From Eledone cirrhosa (lineage: Eukaryota): a DNA stretch of 64,000 nucleotides. The stretch is taken from contig OZ024743.1 in NCBI GenBank assembly GCA_964016885.1, forward strand, positions 331,824,001 to 331,888,000. The letters are read 5' to 3'. How positions within the stretch are numbered: position 1 is the stretch's first letter; every line of letters starts with the position of its first letter. A program made the position numbers and the translations under genes. The notes under the pieces were generated by a model. It made no database searches. It had not been told where the DNA came from and was given only the letters and a program-made list of their open reading frames with translations. This document shows, one piece after another, positions 63,196-64,000 of this stretch.

Positions 63196-64000
63196 ATCAT
63201 CATCATCATCATCATTTTACGTCCGCTCTTCCCTGCTTGCCAGGGTGGGACGGGTCTTATTCAGCACAGCATCTCTCCACTTGTCACGGTGTTCGTCAAC
63301 TCCACCGTGAGCTTCAGCGATCTGAGGTCCGTTCTCACCACCTCCGCCCATGTTTTTCGTGGTCTACCTCTACCACGTTTTCCTTCAACTGGCATTTCCT
63401 GGCACTTCTTCACCCATCGATCATCCTCCATGCGCATCACATGTCCATACCACCTCAGTCTCCTCTCTCACACACTACATTCTATCCCTCTCAGACACAG
63501 TTTCTCTGTGTCGTTCACGCACATTGACACTGCACATCCAACGGAGCATGCTTGCCTTATTTCTCTCCAGCCGTCGCATATCCTCTGCAGTTGCTGCCCA
63601 TGTCTCACTATCATGCAGCATCGCGCTCCTCACACGGCCTTTAGTACGCAGGGAGAAACCCTTCTTCATCAGCAGAGGAAGCAGCTCCCTAAACTTCTTC
63701 CAACCCGTCCTTATTCTAGGTACTATGGCCTCGGAACCCCCCCCCCCTCCCATGCTAATCTGATCTCCTAGGTACCAGAAACTATCCACCACTTCTATAG
63801 CAACCGCCTGCATTTGAAAAATGTGTCTATCAATGCGACTTCTACTGTCTAATTTCCCTGTACATCTACTGCATATGTATTTCTCCCTACCTGTTAGTTT
63901 GCCTGATATCCCGCTACATCTCTTGTGTACCCAGGATCTGCATTGTGTGCATTTTATAGAATTTACGCCAGTTCCTTTTCTGCATATCGAACATGGCCAT
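63196..64000 (-). mobile_element. RTE subfamily B 3' part, running off the window end
   Basis: Reverse complement is closely similar to 7745-8565. ORF 63475-63813(-). Confidence 0.93.

Overview
AT-rich, microsatellite-dense eukaryotic DNA, almost certainly animal. The SINE families and RTE LINEs resemble those I recall from octopus/coleoid cephalopods (inference). I see no convincing host protein-coding exon, so the window reads as intergenic or deep intronic and is dominated by transposon relics. It holds about ten RTE-clade LINE copies from at least four subfamilies (A-D, my labels). The longer copies carry a C4HC3 PHD-type finger inside the RT region, and one near full-length copy lies at 28.6-32.4 kb on the minus strand. 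Also present: Rex3-like RTE, CR1 and Vingi/Ingi-like fragments, two Penelope-like elements (one with a hammerhead ribozyme core), several tRNA-derived SINE families with swapped LINE tails, TTAA-flanked MITEs, and many tandem arrays, several built from pieces of LINEs or MITEs. The most notable element is a decayed RAG1/Transib-superfamily transposase at about 23.0-24.4 kb. It retains RAG1-like motifs, a partial CX2CX3GH C-terminal motif and possible CAC-starting termini. Long ORFs over satellites and microsatellites are artefacts.
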